From Candidatus Peregrinibacteria bacterium (GTDB lineage Bacteria > Patescibacteriota > Gracilibacteria > UBA1369): a stretch of 64,000 bases of DNA. The position numbers and the translations under genes are program-made. The stretch spans positions 544,001-608,000 of the forward strand of contig OY970195.1 in NCBI GenBank assembly GCA_963708185.1, in the 5' to 3' direction. The notes below the pieces were generated by a model, which made no database searches, was not told the DNA's origin, and worked only from the letters and a program-made list of their open reading frames with translations. Below, one piece after another: positions 32,356 through 40,992 of the stretch. The stretch's first letter is position 1. Every line of letters starts with the position of its first letter.

Positions 32356-32547
32356 CTGATCCTGTTCTGATTGTCTTTGGCCTCCGCATAGCGGGGCTGT
32401 GCACCGTGACCGTGAGGTCTTGGCGCAATCCGGTTCATGAAATATCCATTCTGCCTTACTTTCCGCGAAGGCTTGCGTGCTTCGATGAGAGTCGAAACCG
32501 CTCTTGCCCGAATGCAGTCGGACGCTGTGTGCGAATGTAGGGCCTAC

Positions 32548-34884
32548 TCAGTAGTTGAAGACGAAATAGGCCCAGTTGGACGGACAGTCCGCGCTCACCG
32601 AGAACGATCCGGGGTTGGTCTTGAGAAGGACGTACCCCGTCGTGTAGATCGCTCCGTAGAGATCGGGTTCCAGCTTCGGCGCCGGTCCGGGAGAAGGAGC
32701 CGAAGGAGCGCACTTGAAGTAGACGCTCAACGGCCCCGTTCCCGAAGCGAACGTGAAGTCGACGGTCTGTCCGGGAGTGAGGTTGATTGCGACCCCGACA
32801 TCGTCATTCGGTGAAGTGTTGACGGTGAAGGGGGTGCTCTGGCAGGTAGTGTCGTCCGATGACGAATCTCCGAGGATGACTCCGTAGTGGAGATGAATCA
32901 CCTTGGTACAGGTGCCCGCTTCGATGCAGGTACCCGTGGTAGACGAGCAGGGACCGCCGGCATCGCTGCCGCCGCTTCCTCCCGAACCCGAGCTACCACT
33001 GGAACCGCCGGAACCGCTGGAGCCGGAGCTCCCGCTCGTTCCACCGGAACTGGTACTTCCGGCTGCACCACTGCTTCCGGCAGTGCCTCCGCTTCCGCCG
33101 CTTCCGGCATCTGCAGGAACACACATGTCGGTTGCAATGTCGCAGACCGTACCTGCTCCGCAGGCGCCTCCACAAGGAAGGCCGCCATCAGAGCCGCCCG
33201 CACCACCACTACCGGATGCGCCCCCACTGCCGCCGCTGCCGGCGTCAGATGGGACACACATGTCGGTCATGGTGTCGCAGACGGTGCCAGCTCCGCACTT
33301 TCCGTCACACGGCAAGACGAGGTCGCACAACCCCGTCATCGTGTTACAGACCGTACCGAGACCGCAGTGACCGCCGCAAGGATCTCCCCCGCCGCTGCCA
33401 CTGGACCCCGAACTGCCGCTGGAACCGCTGGAGCCGGAGCTCCCGCTAGATCCAGCACTGCCACTCGTGCCGCCGCTGCCTCCGGATCCGGAGGTGCAGA
33501 CACCCAGGGTGACGTTGCACGTCGTCCCTGGGCCGCATGCGCAGCTGCACGGATCCATGGCCGGGGTGCACGAACCGGCATCGCTGCCGCCCGCGCCTCC
33601 CGTTCCGGATGAACCAGATGAACCGGAAGAGCCGCCGCTGCCGGAGCTTCCCCCGGTGCCGCCGCTGCCTCCAGATCCGCCGGAGATATCGCACAGCCCC
33701 GTCATGGTGTTGCACACCGTGCCGGGGCCGCACTTATTCCCACAGGGATCGGTTCCTCCGCCGGAACCGCCGCTTCCGCCGCCACCCATATCCCGGTAGC
33801 AGTCGTTGTCGACGATTCCGTCGCAGTCGTTGTCGATGTGATCCCCGCACTCCTCCGGGCCCGTAGGCACGCAGATGCAGAGCGGAAGACCGTCATCAAC
33901 CTTGTTGTTGCAGTCGTTGTCGCGACCGTCGCAGACTTCGGGCATGGGCGAGCCCGGGATTGCGTCGCAACGGGTTGCCCAGGGCCCGTCGCAGATCACC
34001 TTGCCGAAGGCAAGGCAATCCCCAACGCCGAGAGTGCAGGGAAGGTTCGTCCCCCAGCCCTCGTCGATGAGGCTGTTGCCGTTGTTGTCGATACCGTCAC
34101 ATTTCTCGGCAACACAGAGCTTCGTGACGGGGTTGCAGACGGTGGTGCTTCCACAGACGCCGCCGCAGGGATCGCTCCCCGAGTCGCCGCCGCTTCCGCT
34201 GTCACCGCCAGTTCCGGAGTCGCCCCCGGTGCCGGCGTCGGACCCGCCCGTTCCTCCATCGCTGGATTCACAGGTGCAGGTCGACGTGTTGCAGTGGGTT
34301 CCCTGGCCGCAGTGGTTGTTGCAGTTGTTGCAACTCCCGCCGTCGGTGTTGGGAACACACTGTCCGTTGAGGCAGGTCGTGCCGGAGCCACAGTGGCCCC
34401 CGCAGTCCCCGCCGCCGTCTCCGCCCGGTACGCATTGCTTTGTATCCGGGTCGCAGACGGTAAGGGGTGGAGCGCAATGCCCTTTGCAGGGATCGCCTCC
34501 GCCGCCGGTCTCGCACTTGCCAGTATCCACGTTGCACGTGGTCCCGGAGGCGCAATGACCGCCGCACGGATCTCCACCACCCGCGACGCACTTGTCGGTC
34601 GCGACGTCGCAGGTGGTTCCGGGAGCGCATTTGCCGTTACAGGGATTGCTCCCCGGCGGCAAACACTTTCCGGTGTTTTGATCGCAGACGGTTCCGGGGC
34701 CACACGTGCCCTCGCAAACGTCCACGCCGCCCTCTCCGGTTCCGGAGCTTCCTCCGGTTCCGGGAGGGCATTGCCCGTTGAGGCAGAAGGGATGGTCTCC
34801 CTCGCTGCTGCATCCCACCGCGATAGCGATGGGGGCGAACAGTGAGAGTACCACCCACTTCCACCGCCTACGCGGTGAATACAT
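32548..34884 (-). CDS. Large Cys/Gly-rich repeat lipoprotein with MopE-related metal-binding repeats (cassette B)
   Basis: IAVGC lipobox; many DPC.G.C..GT.C repeats; EKCDGIDNNGNSLIDEG, EVCDGRDNDCNNKVDDG; GGSSG and DAG linkers; SD GGAGA before ATG 34884. Confidence 0.82.
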   Translation of the reverse strand: MYSPRRRWKWVVLSLFAPIAIAVGCSSEGDHPFCLNGQCPPGTGGSSGTGEGGVDVCEGTCGPGTVCDQNTGKCLPPGSNPCNGKCAPGTTCDVATDKCVAGGGDPCGGHCASGTTCNVDTGKCETGGGGDPCKGHCAPPLTVCDPDTKQCVPGGDGGGDCGGHCGSGTTCLNGQCVPNTDGGSCNNCNNHCGQGTHCNTSTCTCESSDGGTGGSDAGTGGDSGTGGDSGSGGDSGSDPCGGVCGSTTVCNPVTKLCVAEKCDGIDNNGNSLIDEGWGTNLPCTLGVGDCLAFGKVICDGPWATRCDAIPGSPMPEVCDGRDNDCNNKVDDGLPLCICVPTGPEECGDHIDNDCDGIVDNDCYRDMGGGGSGGSGGGTDPCGNKCGPGTVCNTMTGLCDISGGSGGSGGTGGSSGSGGSSGSSGSSGTGGAGGSDAGSCTPAMDPCSCACGPGTTCNVTLGVCTSGSGGSGGTSGSAGSSGSSGSSGSSGSSGSSGSGGGDPCGGHCGLGTVCNTMTGLCDLVLPCDGKCGAGTVCDTMTDMCVPSDAGSGGSGGASGSGGAGGSDGGLPCGGACGAGTVCDIATDMCVPADAGSGGSGGTAGSSGAAGSTSSGGTSGSSGSSGSGGSSGSSGSGGSGGSDAGGPCSSTTGTCIEAGTCTKVIHLHYGVILGDSSSDDTTCQSTPFTVNTSPNDDVGVAINLTPGQTVDFTFASGTGPLSVYFKCAPSAPSPGPAPKLEPDLYGAIYTTGYVLLKTNPGSFSVSADCPSNWAYFVFNY

Positions 34885-35136
34885 CGTTTTCTCCATGTGC
34901 CGGTCGTCACCGGCGTCGAAATTCCTCCGCAGGTGCGATCGTCATCGCAGCGGATTCACACTTTGCGCCGACCGTATTGTCTGGCGCGATGTTCTTGTTG
35001 GTAAACGATCGCGCCATAGTCGGCGACGTTGGTTGAGGTTGAGGTTTTGCATTCCCCGCGGGTGACGGATGTCGAATCCGTAAACCCGCGGGGTGCGCGA
35101 GGTGCCGTCTCAATTCCTTGCGGAAGAGCCGGCGGA

Positions 35137-36276
35137 TCAGAAACGGGCCCCGAGCGTACCGTGGGCATCGATGGCAGCGGCGTAGACGTTCTTGTCGCCG
35201 CCGTCGATGTGGTAGGACTGCATGAACGGCAACTGGGGAGAAGTCCCCAGCCCGAGGTAGACGCCGCGCCTCTCGTCTCCCGTCAACATGAAGTTGACGC
35301 CGAGATTGAGCGCGAGGCCGCCCTCGATGTCGTTCTTGGCGTGGTTGTTCCAGACCGTACCATCGGCCGCCTGGCCGATGTTGGTGTCGGGAACGTGAAT
35401 CCAGCGCATGAACGGGCCACCACCCAGGACGACGTCCACGCGGCTCCCCACCGGGATGCCCGCCTGGAACATGACGCCCCACCAGGTGATGTCCTGCCAC
35501 ACGCTGGGCTCGGTGAGCGGAACGCCCACCACGCCGCGGTTGTCGATGCGGCCGCGGGCATACCCCGCGAACGCTGCAACCTCGAAGGCCGTCTCGTTCA
35601 CCGGACCCACGTGGTACGTGAACTGTCCCTGCACGCCTCCCGCGACATCGAAGCCGCCGGTACGGAAGTACGCCATCGGCTCGAGGTCGAGCCTGGTGCG
35701 TCCGTCCGAACCGAAATGGGCACCCAAAGGCTCGTACCTCGAGTCGGATTCCGGCCTGGTGTAGGAGTCGCCGATGTTGGCCTTGCCGACGAGATCGCTC
35801 TTGTCGGCCTTGCCGTCGAGCTTGCCGTTGACCGCGTCGATGGCCGGCTGTTCCACGAGCTTGTCCTTGCCGTAGACCATCACGGTGAAGGTAGCACCGC
35901 TACCGTCCGTGAAGGTCAGCGTCTTGGACGCACCCGGGTCGACCGCCACCTCGCCCTCGAACTCCGCGAACGCGGAGACGAGGACGACAGTGGTGCCGCT
36001 CTTCGTTTCCGACACCTCGGGCTTCGTCAGCGGAGCCGGGAAATCAGAAGAAGTGACCTTCCCCTGGGTCCCGTTCTTGCAGTACAGGCGAATCCGAAGA
36101 CTCGCCGAACCGCGGACCACCACACCGGAGGTGTTGGTGGTGCCGACGTAGTCCTGGATGCCGTCCTTGAAGATGAGCGGCTGCCGACAATCGGCAGCGA
36201 ACGCGGTCTTGCCCACCACGATGGTGGCGAGCGCGAACACCAACCCGACGAACCCTTTCATGAGCTTGTGAGACAT
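35137..36276 (-). CDS. Secreted protein with putative outer-membrane beta-barrel C-terminal domain (cassette B)
   Basis: Signal peptide ending AFA; alternating hydrophobic strands; ends HGTLGARF; SD-like AAGGTG. Confidence 0.7.
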   Translation of the reverse strand: MSHKLMKGFVGLVFALATIVVGKTAFAADCRQPLIFKDGIQDYVGTTNTSGVVVRGSASLRIRLYCKNGTQGKVTSSDFPAPLTKPEVSETKSGTTVVLVSAFAEFEGEVAVDPGASKTLTFTDGSGATFTVMVYGKDKLVEQPAIDAVNGKLDGKADKSDLVGKANIGDSYTRPESDSRYEPLGAHFGSDGRTRLDLEPMAYFRTGGFDVAGGVQGQFTYHVGPVNETAFEVAAFAGYARGRIDNRGVVGVPLTEPSVWQDITWWGVMFQAGIPVGSRVDVVLGGGPFMRWIHVPDTNIGQAADGTVWNNHAKNDIEGGLALNLGVNFMLTGDERRGVYLGLGTSPQLPFMQSYHIDGGDKNVYAAAIDAHGTLGARF

Positions 36277-36289
36277 GTTTTTCACCTTT

Positions 36290-36980
36290 CATCTGACTGT
36301 TGAACTCTTGTGTCCGAGCCGCGCTATGGGAGCAACGAACCGGACGAACCTATGATACTCCGCCTTATGGGCGGTGGCCGCCTACGGCCCAACTTTTCCT
36401 TTGAATCGTAAGGCCGATACGGCCTAAACCGCCCGCCACCACAGCGGAGCGGTTCGCCCTTAGTGCATGTAACTACCCTTTCGGGGCTGCATGCACATAG
36501 GGCCGAGGCGGTGGTGTGGGCGCCTCTTGCGGAAGCGCTTCATACTACCTTTTCCTTTCCTCTACCCTCTTGCTCTTACCTTAACTCACCGAAGTGTGAG
36601 TATGTCGGCGAACTCGAGAGCTCATAACTACTCTCCAGGGCTGGGCCCTATTAAGCAGACCCGTCAAACGGACCTGCAGAAAAGCAGCTTTGAGCTCTCG
36701 AGTCACCAAAAAAATTTTAGAATGTTTTGTACACACGAACTTGCGTTGGCCCGCTCTTAAGGAGCTAGCACACTCGCTTCTTCGTGTTTCATGAACCGGA
36801 TTTTCAAAGATCCATCAGTACAGGAAGCCCAAACAAACAATTTCGTTCTGTTTGAGCTTGTAAAAGACACTTAAAATCGAGCCCTTCCAGCCTTTTCCTT
36901 TGCCGGAATCAGTAGCCCGATGTTCAATTTGTGTCTTTTATAAGCCCAAAAGAGTTGAGGGGTAGGTAAATTTTTAAAGG
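36290..36980 (-). ncRNA. Long structured 5' leader RNA of cassette B
   Basis: About 700 nt between promoter and first ATG with many stems, e.g. ACTCGAGAGCTCA/TGAGCTCTCGAGT (36612-36624/36691-36703). Confidence 0.55.
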
Positions 36981-37015
36981 AAGTAATTATAACCACAAAA
37001 GTCTATTTTTGTCAA
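36801..37015 (-). promoter_or_regulatory. sigma70 promoter and boxA-like element of cassette B
   Basis: TTGACA (37015-37010)-N18-TATAAT (36991-36986); GATCTTTGAAAA at 36812-36801. Confidence 0.75.
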
Positions 37016-37169
37016 TACATTTCGGGTCATATTTCTCCCTTTACCCTCGTAAATGCTTTTTGGCTTCGGGTATTACAAAACTGCGGTTTGAAATTTTGAA
37101 AAATTATGATGCAATCTTGAAGAGATCTTCTCTTTCGCGTGAAAGCTATTTTTGGGCTACAATACAATC

Positions 37170-38303
37170 ATGAAGCAAACACCTCATTTTGTGATTTGCG
37201 GAAATTACGGCGCCACCAACATTGGTGACGAAGCTATTTTGCAAAGCATTTTGCAGTTTTGCCGCCACGCTTTTCCGCATGCGGACATTACCGTCATCAG
37301 TTCGAATCCCGCACGCACCGCCGAGCAGTACGACGTCAAAACCGTTCCGATGATGCCCGCTGGCCTTCGCTCCTACGTCAAAGCTTTTTTCAGCAGAAGC
37401 ATGCGAAAAACACTCCATGCCTATAAACGCGCCGACGCCGTCATTTTTGGCGGAGGAGGCCTTTTTACCGATGAAAGACCACACGCCATTTTCATCTGGC
37501 TCATGCAAATTCTTCCCGCTTTCCGATATAAAAAGCCAGTAATGAGTCTCGGTCAAAGCGTCGGTCCGCTCATGAACAGATGGAGTCGCTGGGTCGTGGG
37601 GAAAATTTTCAGGAAAATGAAAATCGTTACCGTCCGCGATGAAGCCTCGCAACTGCTGCTCAGAAAACTGAACGTCCGCAACATCCACGTTTTGCCTGAC
37701 CCTGTTTTTGGCTTTCACCTGAGGAAATCACACGAATCTCCAGCCCCACGCGAACGCAAACCCTACATTGTTTTTTCGTTGAGGCCGTGGATCAGAAATG
37801 CCGAAAAAATCCGCGGAATTCTCGCGCAATTCGTTGACTGGATTTTTGAAACGTACCATCTGCGCACCTACTTCGTTCCCTTCCAGTCGCTCCATGATGA
37901 TGACGAAAATGAATGTCTCCAGGTTCTTCTCAAACTGGAACATCGAAGCGTCTGCGAGGTTCTTTCGCACAATGAAGAGATGCGTGACACCCTCAAATTG
38001 ATGGAAGAGTCCACGGCGGTTATCGGGATGCGTCTTCATTCCATTATTTTTTCTGCGATAACGCATACCCCGTTTTTAGCGCTTTCCTACAGCCTAAAAG
38101 TAGCAGAGGTTGCCAAACAGCTTGGGATGGAAGACTTCCTGGACGAGTACCGGTTCGTGGATCTGGATACGTTGAAAAAGAAATTCGAAAAACTTTTCAG
38201 TGAGCGAACGCACGTGGAAAAATCTCTTGAGGAAATGCATAAAGAGCTGGAGCACAAAACCGAACAGTATGCTCACATGATCAAACAGCTTGTGGATGCC
38301 TGA
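37170..38303 (+). CDS. csaB: Polysaccharide pyruvyl transferase, CsaB-like
   Basis: GNYGATNIGDEAIL, GGGGLF.D, QSVGP, TVRDEAS, GMRLHS. Confidence 0.85.
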   Translation: MKQTPHFVICGNYGATNIGDEAILQSILQFCRHAFPHADITVISSNPARTAEQYDVKTVPMMPAGLRSYVKAFFSRSMRKTLHAYKRADAVIFGGGGLFTDERPHAIFIWLMQILPAFRYKKPVMSLGQSVGPLMNRWSRWVVGKIFRKMKIVTVRDEASQLLLRKLNVRNIHVLPDPVFGFHLRKSHESPAPRERKPYIVFSLRPWIRNAEKIRGILAQFVDWIFETYHLRTYFVPFQSLHDDDENECLQVLLKLEHRSVCEVLSHNEEMRDTLKLMEESTAVIGMRLHSIIFSAITHTPFLALSYSLKVAEVAKQLGMEDFLDEYRFVDLDTLKKKFEKLFSERTHVEKSLEEMHKELEHKTEQYAHMIKQLVDA

Positions 38304-38319
38304 GCGTTCTGAGCGCACG

Positions 38320-38946
38320 TCATTCAATCGTCATCTGAAGAAGATTGTGCACCGGAGAGAAACTTTTGCGGTGGATCGGGCAGGCTCCGTGTGTTCTGAG
38401 TGCTTCCTGATGCTCTTTTGTGCCGTAGCCTTTGTGACCGGCAAAGCCGTATTGCGGATATTTTTCGCCGAGTTCGCTCATGAGCCGGTCACGGACAACT
38501 TTTGCCATAATGGAAGCGCAGGCGATAAGTTTTACCTTTTCATCGCCCTTGATGAGGGTCTTCCACGGATGCGGAAGACTCATGCGGTCCCTGCCGTCCA
38601 CGAGGATGAATTCAGGCACATGCCCCTTTTGTTTGAGCTCTTTCAATGCCCTGATGAATGCCAGGTTATTGGCTTTTAAAAGTCCAAAACGATCGATTTC
38701 ATCGACTTCCGCCCTTCCGATGCCGAACGCCGCTTTCCGTTCAAGAAGCTCGTAAAACTCCTCTCTTTGGGCTTCAGAAAGGTGTTTGGAATCCTTCAGA
38801 TGGGCCAGGCGCAGTGACTGGGGGAACATCAAGGCACAGGCCACGATCGGGCCGGCCCATGGTCCCCGTCCGACTTCGTCCAGACCGCATACCAGATGGT
38901 CGTCTACCCCTGGGGGAACAAGTTTATGTATCGGAAGAAAAGCCAT
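38320..38946 (-). CDS. rnhB: Ribonuclease HII
   Basis: GLDEVGRGPWAGP, DSK, ASIMAKVVRD, HKGYGT, HRKSF. Confidence 0.95.
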   Translation of the reverse strand: MAFLPIHKLVPPGVDDHLVCGLDEVGRGPWAGPIVACALMFPQSLRLAHLKDSKHLSEAQREEFYELLERKAAFGIGRAEVDEIDRFGLLKANNLAFIRALKELKQKGHVPEFILVDGRDRMSLPHPWKTLIKGDEKVKLIACASIMAKVVRDRLMSELGEKYPQYGFAGHKGYGTKEHQEALRTHGACPIHRKSFSPVHNLLQMTIE

Positions 38947-39004
38947 GCCAACACTGTAGCTCCGTTTTGAATTTTTGTGTTTTACTCCGGCTTGCAAAAT
39001 ACAA

Positions 39005-39030
39005 AAAAATCCAGCATACGCTGGATTTTT
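39005..39030. terminator. Intrinsic terminator after rplS
   Basis: AAAAATCCAGC-ATAC-GCTGGATTTTT. Confidence 0.75.
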
Positions 39031-39055
39031 GACAGTTCGGGTTGAAACTTCTCGA

Positions 39056-39661
39056 TCAGTCCTTCTTCTCTTCTTTTTTCGCTTCAGCCTTGGTTTCCGT
39101 CTTTTCCGGAGCTTTTGCTTCTTCGGTTTTGACTTCCGGCGTCTGAGGAGCGGTCGTTTCTTCGGCCTCGCCTTTTGGCGCGCCTTCGGCTGGAGCCTCC
39201 ATCATGGATTCCATTTTTTCAGCTTCAGCGGCAGCCTGGGCTTTGTGGTCGACACCCATGGATTCCATGAGATCAGCCTTCTTTTTGCTGTACTTCTCGT
39301 CTTTTGCAGTCAGACCCACGTGAGCGCGGAGGCGGGTTGCCTTACCGGAAAGTTCACGCATGTAAAAGAGCTTGGCTCTGCGAACCTTTGGCGTCTTGGT
39401 AATTTCAATTTTCGTCACGAGCGGTGAATAAAGCGGGAAAGTCTTTTCCACGCCGATTCCCTGGACCATCTTGCGGACCTTCATCATTTTGCTTCCGCCG
39501 TGACCTGCATTAAAGCCCATCACCAGGCCTTCAAAAACCTGTACGCGTTCCTTTTCACCTTCACGGATTTTCTGATGGATGCGAACGGTGTAACCCGGAC
39601 GGATCAACGGAAGTTTCTTGATGAACTTCTTTTCGATGTCTTGGAGTAAGTGGTGCGTCAT
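39056..39661 (-). CDS. rplS: 50S ribosomal protein L19 with long charged C-terminal extension
   Basis: EGEKERVQVFEG, GVEKTFP, VRRAKLFYMR. Confidence 0.95.
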   Translation of the reverse strand: MTHHLLQDIEKKFIKKLPLIRPGYTVRIHQKIREGEKERVQVFEGLVMGFNAGHGGSKMMKVRKMVQGIGVEKTFPLYSPLVTKIEITKTPKVRRAKLFYMRELSGKATRLRAHVGLTAKDEKYSKKKADLMESMGVDHKAQAAAEAEKMESMMEAPAEGAPKGEAEETTAPQTPEVKTEEAKAPEKTETKAEAKKEEKKD

Positions 39662-39741
39662 TGCTTTAAAACTAAAAATTTGCCTTTGTAGTGTACGGAT
39701 TGGATGCTGAAAAATCAAGAGCAAAAGCGCTCTCAATCCTG

Positions 39742-40299
39742 TTATTTTTTCTCAAGGTGGTTCACGGCCACGATGTTCTCGGGATCATCGACGAGATCGG
39801 ATAAAAACTTGTCCTTACACTGTCGGCGGTAAATATAATCGTCGCGGGTCAAGACGGAATAGCGCACGGGACGTTCGGTTTCGAGCTCATTATTGAGGTA
39901 GTTTTCGAGGGTGTTGCGGTCGATTTTCCCCACAATCAAAAGGTCCAGCGGGCTTTCTTTTTCAACGAAAAATCCCGAAAGCACCATGACGTCAATCGTT
40001 CCCATCTGTGAAATTTTCTTGATGAGGGCGTCTTTATCCCCCATGGCTTTGAGGATGATACTTTTGAGCTCGTGGAAGATGACAAAATTTTTATTCACGA
40101 TATAGTACTTCTTGCGATTTTTCTCCTTGCTCTTCAAAAGGCCCATTTTCTTGAGATTATCAAGCTCGCGGCGGATGGAATTGATCTGTTCGTCGAGGCG
40201 TCTGGTGAGCTCGCGAATAAAGAACTCTTCGTCGGGGTTTAAAAGAAAGAGCGTGAGGAGTTTTATACGCGTATTTGAGGTAAAGAGCCGTTTAAGCAT
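39742..40299 (-). CDS. Winged-helix transcriptional regulator with nucleotidyltransferase-like C-terminus
   Basis: LFTSNTRIKLL..F, IRELTR..DEQINSIRRELDNL, DLLIVG. Confidence 0.75.
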   Translation of the reverse strand: MLKRLFTSNTRIKLLTLFLLNPDEEFFIRELTRRLDEQINSIRRELDNLKKMGLLKSKEKNRKKYYIVNKNFVIFHELKSIILKAMGDKDALIKKISQMGTIDVMVLSGFFVEKESPLDLLIVGKIDRNTLENYLNNELETERPVRYSVLTRDDYIYRRQCKDKFLSDLVDDPENIVAVNHLEKK

Positions 40300-40425
40300 G
40301 AGCTGGTGAGACGCTTGATGTATACATATTTTATACAAGCTGCCTGCACTGTATAAGTTTTTTTTTCAGATTGCAAGGTAAAAAAGCAGCGTCTGCGCTC
40401 AATTCCTCTTTATTTGGATAGAAAT

Positions 40426-40677
40426 TTATTCGTTTTCGATATCGGAACCGTTCGTATCCCTCTTTTCCTTGATCAGCTGCAAGAAGAACAAGGTATAAAA
40501 AGCCCCGGTTACAGCTCCTAAAGCCGCAAGGATAAGAACAATGAAAAATGCCGGAATGCTATCGGCAGGGACCAGAAGAAACAGAAAATACAAGGTTTTT
40601 GCTCCGAGATTTTCGAAAGCCAGGATCAAAACCAAAAAGCTGAATAAGATCGCTATGCTGAGAGAAAAAAACTTCAT
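40426..40677 (-). CDS. Small membrane protein, LapA/DUF1049-like
   Basis: Two TM helices with LILAFEN motif. Confidence 0.6.
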   Translation of the reverse strand: MKFFSLSIAILFSFLVLILAFENLGAKTLYFLFLLVPADSIPAFFIVLILAALGAVTGAFYTLFFLQLIKEKRDTNGSDIENE

Positions 40678-40742
40678 ATCAATATTTATTATACCATATT
40701 CATTTTGCATATGCTATAATATAGAAAAGTAATCATGAAGCC

Positions 40743-40988
40743 ATGAAAGGTTTTTACTTCGGTGTTTCAATCTTCCTGACCGTCGTCATCCTCATCATCG
40801 CATTCGAAAACATCAATGCGATGCTCAACAAATGGCTATTTTTTTTCGGGGCTTTCGGTCAGTTTGACGGATTTTTCATGGTTTTAGAAATCACCTTCAT
40901 TGGAGCGGTTATCGGTGTTTTCGGCACTTTGTTCCTGGCTAATCTCATGAGTAATGATGAAGAAGAGCCGGGCGGAAATGAATGGTAA
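40743..40988 (+). CDS. Small membrane protein, LapA/DUF1049-like (paralog of divergent neighbour)
   Basis: Two TM helices with LIIAFEN motif. Confidence 0.6.
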   Translation: MKGFYFGVSIFLTVVILIIAFENINAMLNKWLFFFGAFGQFDGFFMVLEITFIGAVIGVFGTLFLANLMSNDEEEPGGNEW

Positions 40989-40992
40989 TTCG

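Larger units (their letters stand above)
32427..36802. repeat. 16-bp perfect inverted repeat enclosing cassette B
   Basis: AATCCGGTTCATGAAA (32427-32442) is the reverse complement of TTTCATGAACCGGATT (36787-36802). Confidence 0.9.

Noticed and set aside
32900-34800. Tandem DNA repeats as an array or DGR
   Set aside because: They are in-frame Gly/Ser and Cys coding repeats; no reverse transcriptase or adenine-specific variation seen
29778-36303. Long plus-strand ORFs (380, 335, 424 aa)
   Set aside because: Antisense shadows of GC-rich minus-strand genes with no motifs or start signals
29587-36802. Inverted repeats as IS/transposon ends
   Set aside because: No transposase, arms unrelated between cassettes, no evident target duplications, and arms lie inside transcription units next to boxA; DNA inversion is not fully excluded without reads
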